The position numbers were made by a program, and so were the translations under genes. The notes under the pieces were generated by a model that was not told the origin of the DNA, did not search any database, and saw only the letters and a list, made by a program, of their open reading frames with translations. Of a stretch of DNA of 59,935 nucleotides, positions 1 through 7,798 are shown in pieces. Source of the DNA: a virus (taxonomy: Duplodnaviria > Caudoviricetes). The first letter of the stretch is position 1, and each line of letters opens with the position of its first letter. The stretch lies in IMG/VR virus record IMGVR_UViG_3300005764_000020, positions 1 to 59,935 of that record. One strand, given 5' to 3'.

Positions 1-18
1 GTGAAGGTGAGGGAGTAG

Positions 19-76
19 CGAATGAGCCCCTCACGGGGCTCGTTCGGTGCAATCCCGCACCGCGAAAGGAGGGTAC
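19..76 (+). promoter_or_regulatory. Two-hairpin leader plus extended Shine-Dalgarno (copy 1)
   Basis: CGAATGAGCCCC-TCAC-GGGGCTCGTTCG, then GGTGC-AATCCC-GCACC, then GAAAGGAGGGTAC before ATG 77. Confidence 0.7.
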
Positions 77-110
77 ATGGCAATCATCAAGTCAGAAGTG
101 ACCGGCGACG

Positions 111-434
111 ATGGCTAAACAACTCAGCAGAACAGTTCGTTGGGGCAACGCTGTCCAGGAAGCTCGTGACCAATTCCAGCAGGTGCAGGATGCGAGCAGT
201 GGTCTAGCGGATGCTCTTGAAGCTCTATTTGATGTCCAGAGCGAGTACCGCGACTGGCTGGACAACTTGCCCGAGAACCTGGAGAACTCGGCTCTGGGCG
301 AGAAACTCCAAGCCGTCGTGGACATCGACATCGAGAGCATCAAGGACGATCCATTGTCCGACTGGCCTTCGTTGGAAGGCATCCTCGACGAAGCCGAAGG
401 AGCCGATCTGCCAATGGGGTTCGGACGTGACTAG
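111..434 (+). CDS. Hypothetical acidic helical protein (107 aa)
   Basis: Phage-like codon usage, overlaps the next gene's GTG start. Confidence 0.75.
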   Translation: MAKQLSRTVRWGNAVQEARDQFQQVQDASSGLADALEALFDVQSEYRDWLDNLPENLENSALGEKLQAVVDIDIESIKDDPLSDWPSLEGILDEAEGADLPMGFGRD

Positions 435-717
435 ATCAAGACGCAAGCCACCGCACACAACGCTGTCGAACGGCGACCTACTGACGAACAAGTCAGCGAA
501 CGCCATCCGCGCAGCGTACAACGCCGGCAAAGGTAAGGTGACGATCCAGGGTCGCGAGTTCACCATTCATCGCAAGAGTGAGAACCTGCTCGTCAAGCCG
601 GTACTCGGACGCCTGCCGATGGCGCAGATCCAACTTGTCAGCGGGCCGACCAAGAAGCTACAGAAGTGGTCGCAAGAGCCTGCGAAGAAGCAATCGCCGA
701 GCAAGATGCGGAAGTGA
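427..717 (+). CDS. Hypothetical basic protein
   Basis: GTG 427 in frame with ORF 211..717, overlapping upstream stop. Confidence 0.65.
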   Translation: MTRSRRKPPHTTLSNGDLLTNKSANAIRAAYNAGKGKVTIQGREFTIHRKSENLLVKPVLGRLPMAQIQLVSGPTKKLQKWSQEPAKKQSPSKMRK

Positions 718-722
718 TGTTG

Positions 723-783
723 CCGCCCTACTCACTAGCGGGGTAGGGCGGGAGCATACGCTCCAGCCAAGAAAGGAGGGTAC
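723..783 (+). promoter_or_regulatory. Two-hairpin leader plus extended Shine-Dalgarno (copy 2)
   Basis: CCGCCCTAC...GTAGGGCGG, then GGAGC-ATAC-GCTCC, then AGAAAGGAGGGTAC before ATG 787. Confidence 0.7.
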
Positions 784-786
784 AGC

Positions 787-1329
787 ATGACGCATGTCGT
801 GCATACAGACGCACCTGCCACCATGCCGCAGATCGTCTGGATCACCGATCTAATGAAGCAACGCGTCATCTCAGATGAACAACGAGCCTGGCTCGATGAG
901 CGCCTCGGCTTGACCGAAGAAGATACAAAGCTCACCCGCAGCCAGGCCTCTCGTATCATCGACGCGATGAAGCTGCTGCCGAAGGTCAAGGTGATCGCAG
1001 CCGATCAATGGCCAACTGTGCCGCGCGGGCGCTACGCTGTCGAGAACGAAGAAGGTAGACTCATGTTCTACCATGTGGATCGCCCTAGTGTCGGCAAGTG
1101 GTCTGGCTTTACATTCCTGAGCGTGCGCGCCAGCGACGAGCTTCATCCGATCCGCAACAAAGAGGCGAAGAAGCTCATCATGGATCGCATCGCAGAGGAT
1201 CCCAAGGCAGCCGGATTGCGGTTTGGCCGTGAGATCGGTCGTTGTTGTATCTGCGGGAGAACGCTGACAGATGAGACCAGCCGCGCTCGTGGCATCGGCC
1301 CCATCTGCGCAGCGGGAACAGGATGGTAA
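787..1329 (+). CDS. DUF6011-like zinc-binding protein
   Basis: C-terminal GRCCICGRTLTDETSRARGIGPICA motif; strong RBS. Confidence 0.75.
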   Translation: MTHVVHTDAPATMPQIVWITDLMKQRVISDEQRAWLDERLGLTEEDTKLTRSQASRIIDAMKLLPKVKVIAADQWPTVPRGRYAVENEEGRLMFYHVDRPSVGKWSGFTFLSVRASDELHPIRNKEAKKLIMDRIAEDPKAAGLRFGREIGRCCICGRTLTDETSRARGIGPICAAGTGW

Positions 1330-1532
1330 TGGCCAAGCTCGACCTACAAGTGACACGGTCTGGTAACGTCATCACCGTTACGACGGCGACAAACCGGGAG
1401 ATTTTCTCCGCCGAGTTCAAGACACGCGGCGAGATCATCGATCAGTGTTTGTGGCTCGCCCGTACGGGCCGAGTCAACGCAGACCGCCAAACCATCATCG
1501 CTCTACTGAAGGCCAACAAGGTGATCACATGA
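1329..1532 (+). CDS. Hypothetical protein
   Basis: TAATG stop/start overlap with upstream gene. Confidence 0.65.
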   Translation: MAKLDLQVTRSGNVITVTTATNREIFSAEFKTRGEIIDQCLWLARTGRVNADRQTIIALLKANKVIT

Positions 1533-1768
1533 AGGAGTTCGAGAAAGCCGAGCGTGAGATGCGCGAGAAAGGCATCAAGCTCGACAAGCTCGACGCCTTC
1601 ATCGATCAGAAGAACGGGCCAATCATGTGGTTGGACGCGCTCTGTCTGTTCTGGTGGCGTAACCACCGGCTGCCGAGCCCCCACGTGTTGGCAGCTGAGA
1701 TGTTCGACGAGTGGGATGATCCAGTTAGCATCGATGAAGCTCAGCGCGTTCTGGAGGCAATTGCGTGA
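1529..1768 (+). CDS. Hypothetical protein
   Basis: ATGA overlap with upstream gene. Confidence 0.65.
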   Translation: MKEFEKAEREMREKGIKLDKLDAFIDQKNGPIMWLDALCLFWWRNHRLPSPHVLAAEMFDEWDDPVSIDEAQRVLEAIA

Positions 1769-1772
1769 GTAG

Positions 1773-1838
1773 CAGCCCCGACCACTGGTGGATCGGGGTT
1801 GGTGCTCATCCGAGCGCCAGACGAAGAAAGGAGGGTAC
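1773..1838 (+). promoter_or_regulatory. Two-hairpin leader plus extended Shine-Dalgarno (copy 3)
   Basis: CAGCCCCGA...TCGGGGTTG, then GGTGCTC-ATCC-GAGCGCC, then AGAAAGGAGGGTAC. Confidence 0.7.
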
Positions 1839-1842
1839 AACT

Positions 1843-2112
1843 TTGGCACATGTCGATCCAGAGAAGTTCGCCCATGTCGGTGAGCTTCTCGACACTTGGG
1901 GCCATTCCTGTATGGCCGAGCTACCGAGTGGCGACGATTGTGACGAGCACATCCGAACTGTGGGAATTGCCATCTTAGTAGAGGATGAGCCGGAACCACT
2001 GGTGTTCGCATTTTGCCTCCAGCATATGTGCGACTGGTTGGAGCGCGTCGTCTATGGTCGCAGGATCGCAGAAGAGATAGTGCCAGAGGAAGACAATGGT
2101 GACGAAGAATGA
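1843..2112 (+). CDS. Hypothetical Cys/His-containing protein
   Basis: TTG start just after the extended SD, in frame with ORF 1765..2112. Confidence 0.65.
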   Translation: MAHVDPEKFAHVGELLDTWGHSCMAELPSGDDCDEHIRTVGIAILVEDEPEPLVFAFCLQHMCDWLERVVYGRRIAEEIVPEEDNGDEE

Positions 2113-2371
2113 CAGCATCCCCGTGCGCCTGCCTGGGCAACCCCCGCAGGATGTTTTCGTCAACTTCCGAGTCGTGGAAAGCTCTAATGTCCTGAGAGTC
2201 GGCTGGGATGTTTTCGGGAACATGTACGTCACGTACTTGACCGGGAACACGTATGTCTACTTCGGTGTCTCGCGCCAGCGAGCCGTCGCTGCAGCATACG
2301 CTCCAAGCGTCGGAGCGTTCATCAACCGGCGCATAAAGGGCCGATTTCCAGCACAAAAGCTAGTGGCGTAG
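2096..2371 (+). CDS. KTSC domain protein
   Basis: VESSNVLRVGWD...MYVTY..G..YVYFGV...APSVGAFINRRIKGRF matches the KTSC pattern. Confidence 0.8.
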   Translation: MVTKNDSIPVRLPGQPPQDVFVNFRVVESSNVLRVGWDVFGNMYVTYLTGNTYVYFGVSRQRAVAAAYAPSVGAFINRRIKGRFPAQKLVA

Positions 2372-2376
2372 CTCCG

Positions 2377-2487
2377 CAGATCCCACCTTGAAAATCGGGT
2401 GGGGTCTGGAGGGCTAACCCTAGCCATCCGTGGCTAGATGAGGTATAGTTCCTCCTGGCTGTCGTTACCAACCAGAAAGGAGGGTAT
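2377..2487 (+). promoter_or_regulatory. Hairpin leader plus extended Shine-Dalgarno (copy 4, longer variant)
   Basis: CAGATCCCACC...GGTGGGGTCTG, CTAGCC-ATCCGT-GGCTAG, then AGAAAGGAGGGTAT before ATG 2489. Confidence 0.6.
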
Positions 2488-2488
2488 C

Positions 2489-2959
2489 ATGGCGAAGCTC
2501 GAACAGGCCCAAATTGACAAGGCCGCCAAGATCGTTGCCAAGTTCGACGGTGACGACAAGGATGCCGATGTCTACAAGGCCATCGCTTCCCAGCTCAAGG
2601 TCGGCACGTCCACGGCCGTTCAGCTCATGTACTACGCGGAGCCGATTGCGGATCCGAAGCTGAAGATCAAGGCCACTGGTGCCGCTGTCAAGGCGGCTCG
2701 GGACAGGCAGGGACTACGCTGGGAGCGCATCGCTGCTCGGGCGGACATCTCCGTCAACCGCGCCCGCGAGTTGTATGAAGAGGCGGGTGGTGACATCGAC
2801 TCAAGCTACACGGGTCGTGGCAAGCGGCCGGGAGGTGCTCCAGCAGAGGCGAAGAGCAAGGCCACGGGTGCCAAGCGTGGTGCGGCCAAGAAGTCTACGG
2901 CCAAGAAGGGACCGCAGAAGGCCCGCACTCGCGCGCAGTTGGCGGCCCGCCGCCCTTAG
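2489..2959 (+). CDS. HTH-like DNA-binding protein with Lys/Ala-rich tail
   Basis: LRWERIAARADISVNRARELY helix-turn-helix-like segment; basic tail; strong RBS. Confidence 0.7.
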   Translation: MAKLEQAQIDKAAKIVAKFDGDDKDADVYKAIASQLKVGTSTAVQLMYYAEPIADPKLKIKATGAAVKAARDRQGLRWERIAARADISVNRARELYEEAGGDIDSSYTGRGKRPGGAPAEAKSKATGAKRGAAKKSTAKKGPQKARTRAQLAARRP

Positions 2960-3330
2960 CTCATGTCGATACCGATGACGAGATTCGTCGCCTGATCGAG
3001 GGCAGGACACTGGTGTGCCAGACTTCTGTGCTTAACAACGACGGCCAGACTTCCATCGACTCGGTGGAAACGTACAAATGCGAGAAGTTTCACCAGTTCC
3101 TGCCCGCAGGCGTTACGAAGAGTGGTCTTGAGCGTGTTGACCCTCTGATTCAGTTCTGGTGCGAGAGCTTTCGTGATCCTCGCTCCAATTACATCAGATA
3201 TGGGTTCCTGCGCACGGTATCGACCATGAGTGTGATCGCCATAAAGGGCAAACCTCCTCCAGAGCCAGAACGGAAGCCTGTCATCAAGGCTCGGACGAGA
3301 GCCCAAAGACTTGCCCTTCGGGGTAAGTGA
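2956..3330 (+). CDS. Hypothetical domain; probable -1 frameshift extension of 2489..2959 (alternative: own GTG start at 3013)
   Basis: Frame is open and protein-like (LAHVDTDDEIRRLIEGRTL) upstream of its first start codon. Confidence 0.6.
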   Translation, partial: LAHVDTDDEIRRLIEGRTLVCQTSVLNNDGQTSIDSVETYKCEKFHQFLPAGVTKSGLERVDPLIQFWCESFRDPRSNYIRYGFLRTVSTMSVIAIKGKPPPEPERKPVIKARTRAQRLALRGK

Positions 3331-3459
3331 GCGGTGGGCGTTGTGGGACGGCGCTCCTACAACGCCCCGCTGCTCCGGGGGTCGTTGCGTCTATTGTACC
3401 CTCCGCGCGACGGCCTCCGGAGGAGCGGTTTGCCGCTCCGTAACTAGAAAGGAGGGTAC
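3331..3459 (+). promoter_or_regulatory. Hairpin leader plus extended Shine-Dalgarno (copy 5, longer variant)
   Basis: GGGCGTTGTGGGA...TCCTACAACGCCC, GGAGCGG-TTTG-CCGCTCC, then AGAAAGGAGGGTAC ATG. Confidence 0.6.
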
Positions 3460-5373
3460 ATGCCTCAGATTATGGCCGAGAAGGTCGGTGACGCCATCCG
3501 CGTCACTTTCTCGTTCGACGCCGGTATTGTGAGGGACGTCAAAACAGTCCCTGGTCGGCGGTTCCTGCCAGCAGAGAGAGGTGGCCCAGCTTGGCTGGTG
3601 CCGCTTGATCTGCCGACAGCCCGCCGTCTCAGGGAATTGTTCGGAGACCAACTCCTGCTGGGTCGCGACCTAGTCACTTGGGGTCGCGATGCCGTTAGCC
3701 AGGAACAAAGCCTAGCCTCGCTTGTCCTTTCGGACGACGCGGAGCTAGTCCACATGCCTGCTATGCTACCGGGGCTGGATGGGTTTATCCGTGGCGAAGT
3801 CACGGGCTGGCCCGACCGGCCCTACCAGCGAGCAGACATCAAGTTCATGGCGGCGACTTCCGCGATCAACGGCAATCAGCCACGTCTGGGGAAAACGCTA
3901 GAGGTCATCGGTGCTGTCTACGAGGCGATGATCCATGATGGGCCACACCTCGTAGTCGCTCCACAGACCAGCCTGGAAACAGTCTGGCGCTTCGAGTTGG
4001 AGCGATGGCAGCGATTGCCCGTATTCACGTACTCGGGCGAGACGCCTCAAGCTACACGAGACGATATGCCTGACAACATTGCGGAAGCGATGGAAGTCAT
4101 GAAAGGCTACTGGCTCGTGACGACGCCGCATATGGTGCGACAGAACACTGAGATGTTCACGTTGGAGCGTTGGCGTACGGTAACGGTAGATGAGTACCAC
4201 CGACACGGACTCTCCAATACTAAGTCGCAGTTCTTTGCGGCGGTCAAGAGGCTGGAGACGGATCGCTTGTGGTTCTTGAGCGGGACGCCGCTGGGCGGCA
4301 AGGCGATTAAGATGTTCGCTCCGCTACAGCTGATGTATCCAAAGGTGTTTACCTCAAAGTGGCGCTGGGCCGACCAGTGGCTCGATGTCGAGACCAAGCA
4401 GATCCGGGTCAAAGGCGGACGCCTACAGACGGTCAGGGAGATCAAGGGGCTGAAGAAGTCCAAAGAGGCAGAGTTCTATCGTGCTCATGCTCCGTACATG
4501 GTGCGGCGTCTGCGCGAGGAAGTCTTGCCGCAGCTACCCAAGAAGCTCCCGATTGATGTCTGGTGTCCGATGACGCCTACCCAAGCGAAGCAATATGCGA
4601 AGTTCGAGGAAGCAGCGGAGCTAGTAATCAGTCATGTAGAGGCTGCTAAGGGCCAGCGTCACTTGCTATCCAACTGTATCCTGACGGAGTACCTACGGAT
4701 GAAGCAATTCGCCAATGCGTACTCGCTCGTCATGGAACGCGAGGATAAGTGCAAGTGGTGTAAAGGCAATGGCGCTACGTCCGCGACCGAATGCTGGTAC
4801 TGTTCTGGTACCGGCAAGCAGGTCATGCTCCAACTACACCCGACTGAAGACAGTGGCAAATTGCCGTTCCTGCTCGACCGCCTGAAGGAAGCCGGAATTG
4901 ATCCCGACGATCCTGATGGCGACGATAAGGCCGTGATCGCGAGCCAGTTCAAGGGCATGGTAGACATGGTCGCGGACTGGCTGCCGAAGCAAGGCATCGA
5001 CTGTCTAAAGCTCACCGGCGATACGACCAAGCGTGGCGAGCGGGCTGAGATCCAACGTTTGTTTCAATCGGATGAAGGCCCGCGTGTGATCGTCATGACT
5101 ACGACTGCCGGCGGTGTTGCTATTGACCTGGGCCGTGCGGATACCTGCCATGTTCTCGATGAGACGTGGAATCCGGACGACCAAGAACAGTTGACAGACC
5201 GGATCCTCGGAGCCTACAAGCTCCATCAGGTCAGTTGTTTCTACTACAGGTCAAAGAACACAGTCGAAGAGTACATCGCGGGCGTCACTGCGCTCAAGAG
5301 CAAACTGAACGACATCGTTCTGGATGTTCACCGCCAAATCGCCCGCAAAAACCAGCCTCGCGTACGCGCGTAG
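3460..5373 (+). CDS. SNF2-family (SF2) helicase with inserted CxxCxGxG zinc finger
   Basis: RPYQ, PRLGKT, VDEYH, LSGTP, SGKL, GGVAIDL, WNP..QEQ...RI motifs. Confidence 0.9.
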   Translation: MPQIMAEKVGDAIRVTFSFDAGIVRDVKTVPGRRFLPAERGGPAWLVPLDLPTARRLRELFGDQLLLGRDLVTWGRDAVSQEQSLASLVLSDDAELVHMPAMLPGLDGFIRGEVTGWPDRPYQRADIKFMAATSAINGNQPRLGKTLEVIGAVYEAMIHDGPHLVVAPQTSLETVWRFELERWQRLPVFTYSGETPQATRDDMPDNIAEAMEVMKGYWLVTTPHMVRQNTEMFTLERWRTVTVDEYHRHGLSNTKSQFFAAVKRLETDRLWFLSGTPLGGKAIKMFAPLQLMYPKVFTSKWRWADQWLDVETKQIRVKGGRLQTVREIKGLKKSKEAEFYRAHAPYMVRRLREEVLPQLPKKLPIDVWCPMTPTQAKQYAKFEEAAELVISHVEAAKGQRHLLSNCILTEYLRMKQFANAYSLVMEREDKCKWCKGNGATSATECWYCSGTGKQVMLQLHPTEDSGKLPFLLDRLKEAGIDPDDPDGDDKAVIASQFKGMVDMVADWLPKQGIDCLKLTGDTTKRGERAEIQRLFQSDEGPRVIVMTTTAGGVAIDLGRADTCHVLDETWNPDDQEQLTDRILGAYKLHQVSCFYYRSKNTVEEYIAGVTALKSKLNDIVLDVHRQIARKNQPRVRA

Positions 5374-5421
5374 CTCGCGCGCATACGGGCTGCAGGAATC
5401 GTACTTAGCATGAACATGTGT

Positions 5422-5479
5422 TCGCGAGCCCCCGCGTACGTAAGAAAATTTGATTGTCCGCGTACGCGGGGGCGCGCGA
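5422..5479. repeat. Inverted repeat with perfect 13-bp core and AT-rich 20-bp spacer
   Basis: GCCCCCGCGTACG 5428-5440 and CGTACGCGGGGGC 5461-5473; extends to 19 bp with one mismatch. Confidence 0.85.
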
Positions 5480-5659
5480 GGATGTGTGGAGGCCGCTTAG
5501 TCGGCGGGCAGGGGCGTACGCGCCCGCGTCGGCTCGCGCGTAAGGGTTGGATGGGGTGTGGGCAACCATGCCGTAACGGGCTCTGCTCTTCGGCATTGCC
5601 GCCGAGTGAACCCGTGCACCCCATCCAGCAATCGACCTCCGGAAATGGGTACACAAATG

Positions 5660-5702
5660 GGCCCAAGTTGGCGATATTTGTCGTCGGCTCGGGTCTTTTT
5701 TT
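5660..5702 (+). terminator. Putative intrinsic terminator
   Basis: GU-rich stem GGCCC..TTGGCGAT/GTCGTCGG..GGGTC followed by a T run. Confidence 0.5.
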
Positions 5703-5834
5703 GTGCCATTGTATCAGACAATTATGAAACCCCCGGAAAAGCCGCCGATTCGCGTTTCAGCTTGATATCAGCTAGGATTCTCGTAGCCGATCCCCGCCGG
5801 ATCGGTCGCCGGGTCAATCATAGGAGGGTTCATA

Positions 5835-6092
5835 TTGCCAGAGGCATCTCTCAGAACGTCTCCATCAATGAGATATGACGCGATTCACAAGTGGGTGCGG
5901 CGTCATAAGGAAAAGGTAGGCATCTGTTCGCAATGTGGCGTCGGATACGCTGGTTCACCATTCCATACGGAGTGGGCCAACATCTCAGGGATCTATCGAC
6001 GCGAGCTTGATGATTACATCGAGCTATGTAAAAGTTGCCACTTCAAGCTCGATTATCCAGATGGGCATCCGAACCAGTTCAAGCCGAAATGA
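5835..6092 (+). CDS. Small HNH-like endonuclease
   Basis: IHKWVRR..CSQCG..EWANISG.YRREL.DYIELCKSCH. Confidence 0.7.
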   Translation: MPEASLRTSPSMRYDAIHKWVRRHKEKVGICSQCGVGYAGSPFHTEWANISGIYRRELDDYIELCKSCHFKLDYPDGHPNQFKPK

Positions 6093-7066
6093 TCTCAAAG
6101 CCAAAACTTCTCCGTTCTAGCGAGCGAGCGACCTTCAAACGCTGCCGCTGGAAGTATTACATGGAGTTTGTTGAGATGCGGAAACCGATCACCGAAGTAC
6201 CGCCGTTGCGCTTCGGTACTCTCATCCATGCCGCGCTCGCCGCGTACTACAAACCTGGCATGAAGCGAGGCCCACATCCTGCTGAAACGTACGCCGACTT
6301 GTACCGCGCGGACGTAGAAGAAGCAGCCAAGTTCGGCTTTCGCGTCGAAGAGGATGAGAAGTGGGTTGAGGCGGGCGAGCTAGGCGTGGCGATGCTCACC
6401 AACTACATCGGCACATACGGATCGGACGATGAGTGGGAAGTGATCGTCACCGAGATGCCGTTCCAAGTTCCGGTCAAGCATGATCCTCCGTTCATGTATG
6501 TGGGCGTACTCGATGGCGTCTGGCGCAAGACGGATACGGGTCGGCTCTGGGTACCAGACCACAAGACGACGGCCGCGATCCAGACCAAGTATCTCGCGCT
6601 CGATGAGCAGGCTAGCAGTTACTGGACATTTGGCCTAGAGTCGCTGTACCGTAAGAAGATGCTCGCGCGTAAGGAAGAAATCGAGGGCATCCTGTTCAAC
6701 TTCTTGCGCAAAGCGCCGCCGGATACAAGACCGCGTAACACGCTCGGCCAGTCTCTCAACAAGGATGGCTCAATCAGCGCGAAGCAGCCCGCGCCTTACT
6801 TCGAGCGCAAGTTGGTGCGACGCGGAGAGAACGAGCGCCGCTCAACCTACAACCGCGTCCAACTAGAAGTCGATGATATCATCCAGCTGCAAACAGACGG
6901 GCTCGACTCAGCCTACAAGAACGCCGGACAGTTCACCTGTCCTGGGTGCTGGGCATTTGATATCTGCGAGTTACACGAGATTGGCGCAGACTGGCGCGAG
7001 TTTCTGGACGCTACAACAAAGGAATGGGATCCATACGATGCCCACGAAGTCGCTGAAGGCCGCTGA
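6089..7066 (+). CDS. PD-(D/E)XK exonuclease, Cas4/RecB-like
   Basis: S.SER..FKRC, FGTLIH, E..F, G.LDG, DHKT, C-terminal CPGC...IC; ATGA overlap. Confidence 0.85.
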   Translation: MISKPKLLRSSERATFKRCRWKYYMEFVEMRKPITEVPPLRFGTLIHAALAAYYKPGMKRGPHPAETYADLYRADVEEAAKFGFRVEEDEKWVEAGELGVAMLTNYIGTYGSDDEWEVIVTEMPFQVPVKHDPPFMYVGVLDGVWRKTDTGRLWVPDHKTTAAIQTKYLALDEQASSYWTFGLESLYRKKMLARKEEIEGILFNFLRKAPPDTRPRNTLGQSLNKDGSISAKQPAPYFERKLVRRGENERRSTYNRVQLEVDDIIQLQTDGLDSAYKNAGQFTCPGCWAFDICELHEIGADWREFLDATTKEWDPYDAHEVAEGR

Positions 7067-7376
7067 GCGAGCGCGCGATGCCGCTATCGAGCAGGTCGCA
7101 GAGAGCAACGCATGGTGGATCCGCCAGGTCATGCCTATCGTCAAGGACATCTGTCTGCGACGTGTCCTGTTCACGACCGACGCGGTACGCCATCACGCCG
7201 ACCGTCTTGTCGGGCAGGCGCCAGAGCCGCGAGCGATGGGCGCTGTGATGACTGCAGCCCGTCGCGCTGGCTGGTGCGAACCGACGAACACAACGCATCA
7301 ATCTATCCGGGTCAAATGCCACGCTCGTCCGCTACGAGTCTGGCGCTCACTCCTACTGGAGAACGGACATGAGTAG
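7038..7376 (+). CDS. Hypothetical protein, possibly DNA-binding
   Basis: FTTD.V...PEPRAMGAV...A...GW...VWRS segment; overlaps nuclease 3' end. Confidence 0.65.
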   Translation: MPTKSLKAAERARDAAIEQVAESNAWWIRQVMPIVKDICLRRVLFTTDAVRHHADRLVGQAPEPRAMGAVMTAARRAGWCEPTNTTHQSIRVKCHARPLRVWRSLLLENGHE

Positions 7377-7449
7377 ACAATTGGTTCCTATAGCATGTTT
7401 CATTGTTATTACCTCGGCGATATTTGTATTCAGGGTTTGGTCGATATGA
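7369..7449 (+). CDS. 26-aa single-pass membrane peptide
   Basis: MSRQLVPIACFIVITSAIFVFRVWSI; GGAG RBS; ATGA overlap with next gene; below ORF-track length cutoff. Confidence 0.5.
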   Translation: MSRQLVPIACFIVITSAIFVFRVWSI

Positions 7450-7751
7450 GATTCTGGCTACCACTCCTGGTTGCTGCTGCGATAGCCGGATCGTTCTGGC
7501 TCGCAGTTGCGGACAGCGCGGCGCCACCTAGCAAGATCCCGGCGCGCGTCAAGAAGCTGGAACGCCAGGTCGCGTACTTGACTGAGCGAGCCGCTTGGTT
7601 CGATGACCGCGCCTCGGCGCTGGAGATTCGGATGCGCGGCCTGGAAGGGCGTGTAACGGATCTTGAGCGCAACCAAGGCACGGCAGCTCAGGCTGAGGAT
7701 GGCTTGCGCGTTCGGATCGAGAAGCTAGAGCAGGCTGTGTTTGGGAAGTGA
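7446..7751 (+). CDS. Membrane-anchored or secreted coiled-coil protein
   Basis: Hydrophobic N-terminus then heptad repeats (VKKLERQV, MRGLEGRVTDLE, IEKLEQ). Confidence 0.7.
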   Translation: MRFWLPLLVAAAIAGSFWLAVADSAAPPSKIPARVKKLERQVAYLTERAAWFDDRASALEIRMRGLEGRVTDLERNQGTAAQAEDGLRVRIEKLEQAVFGK

Positions 7752-7798
7752 TGCCATGACATGAACTGTTCCGCAAGCAACGAACAGAAAGGAACCAG

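Noticed and set aside
46-61. tRNA T-arm-like GGTGCAATCCC
   Set aside because: No cloverleaf around it; it is part of the two-hairpin leader. No tRNA genes were found by eye
5405-5878. Short ORFs in the intergenic region after the helicase
   Set aside because: No RBS or codon bias; translations reflect GC-rich repeats
6089-7066. Cas4-like gene as sign of a CRISPR system
   Set aside because: No repeat-spacer array or other cas genes seen; context is a phage recombination module
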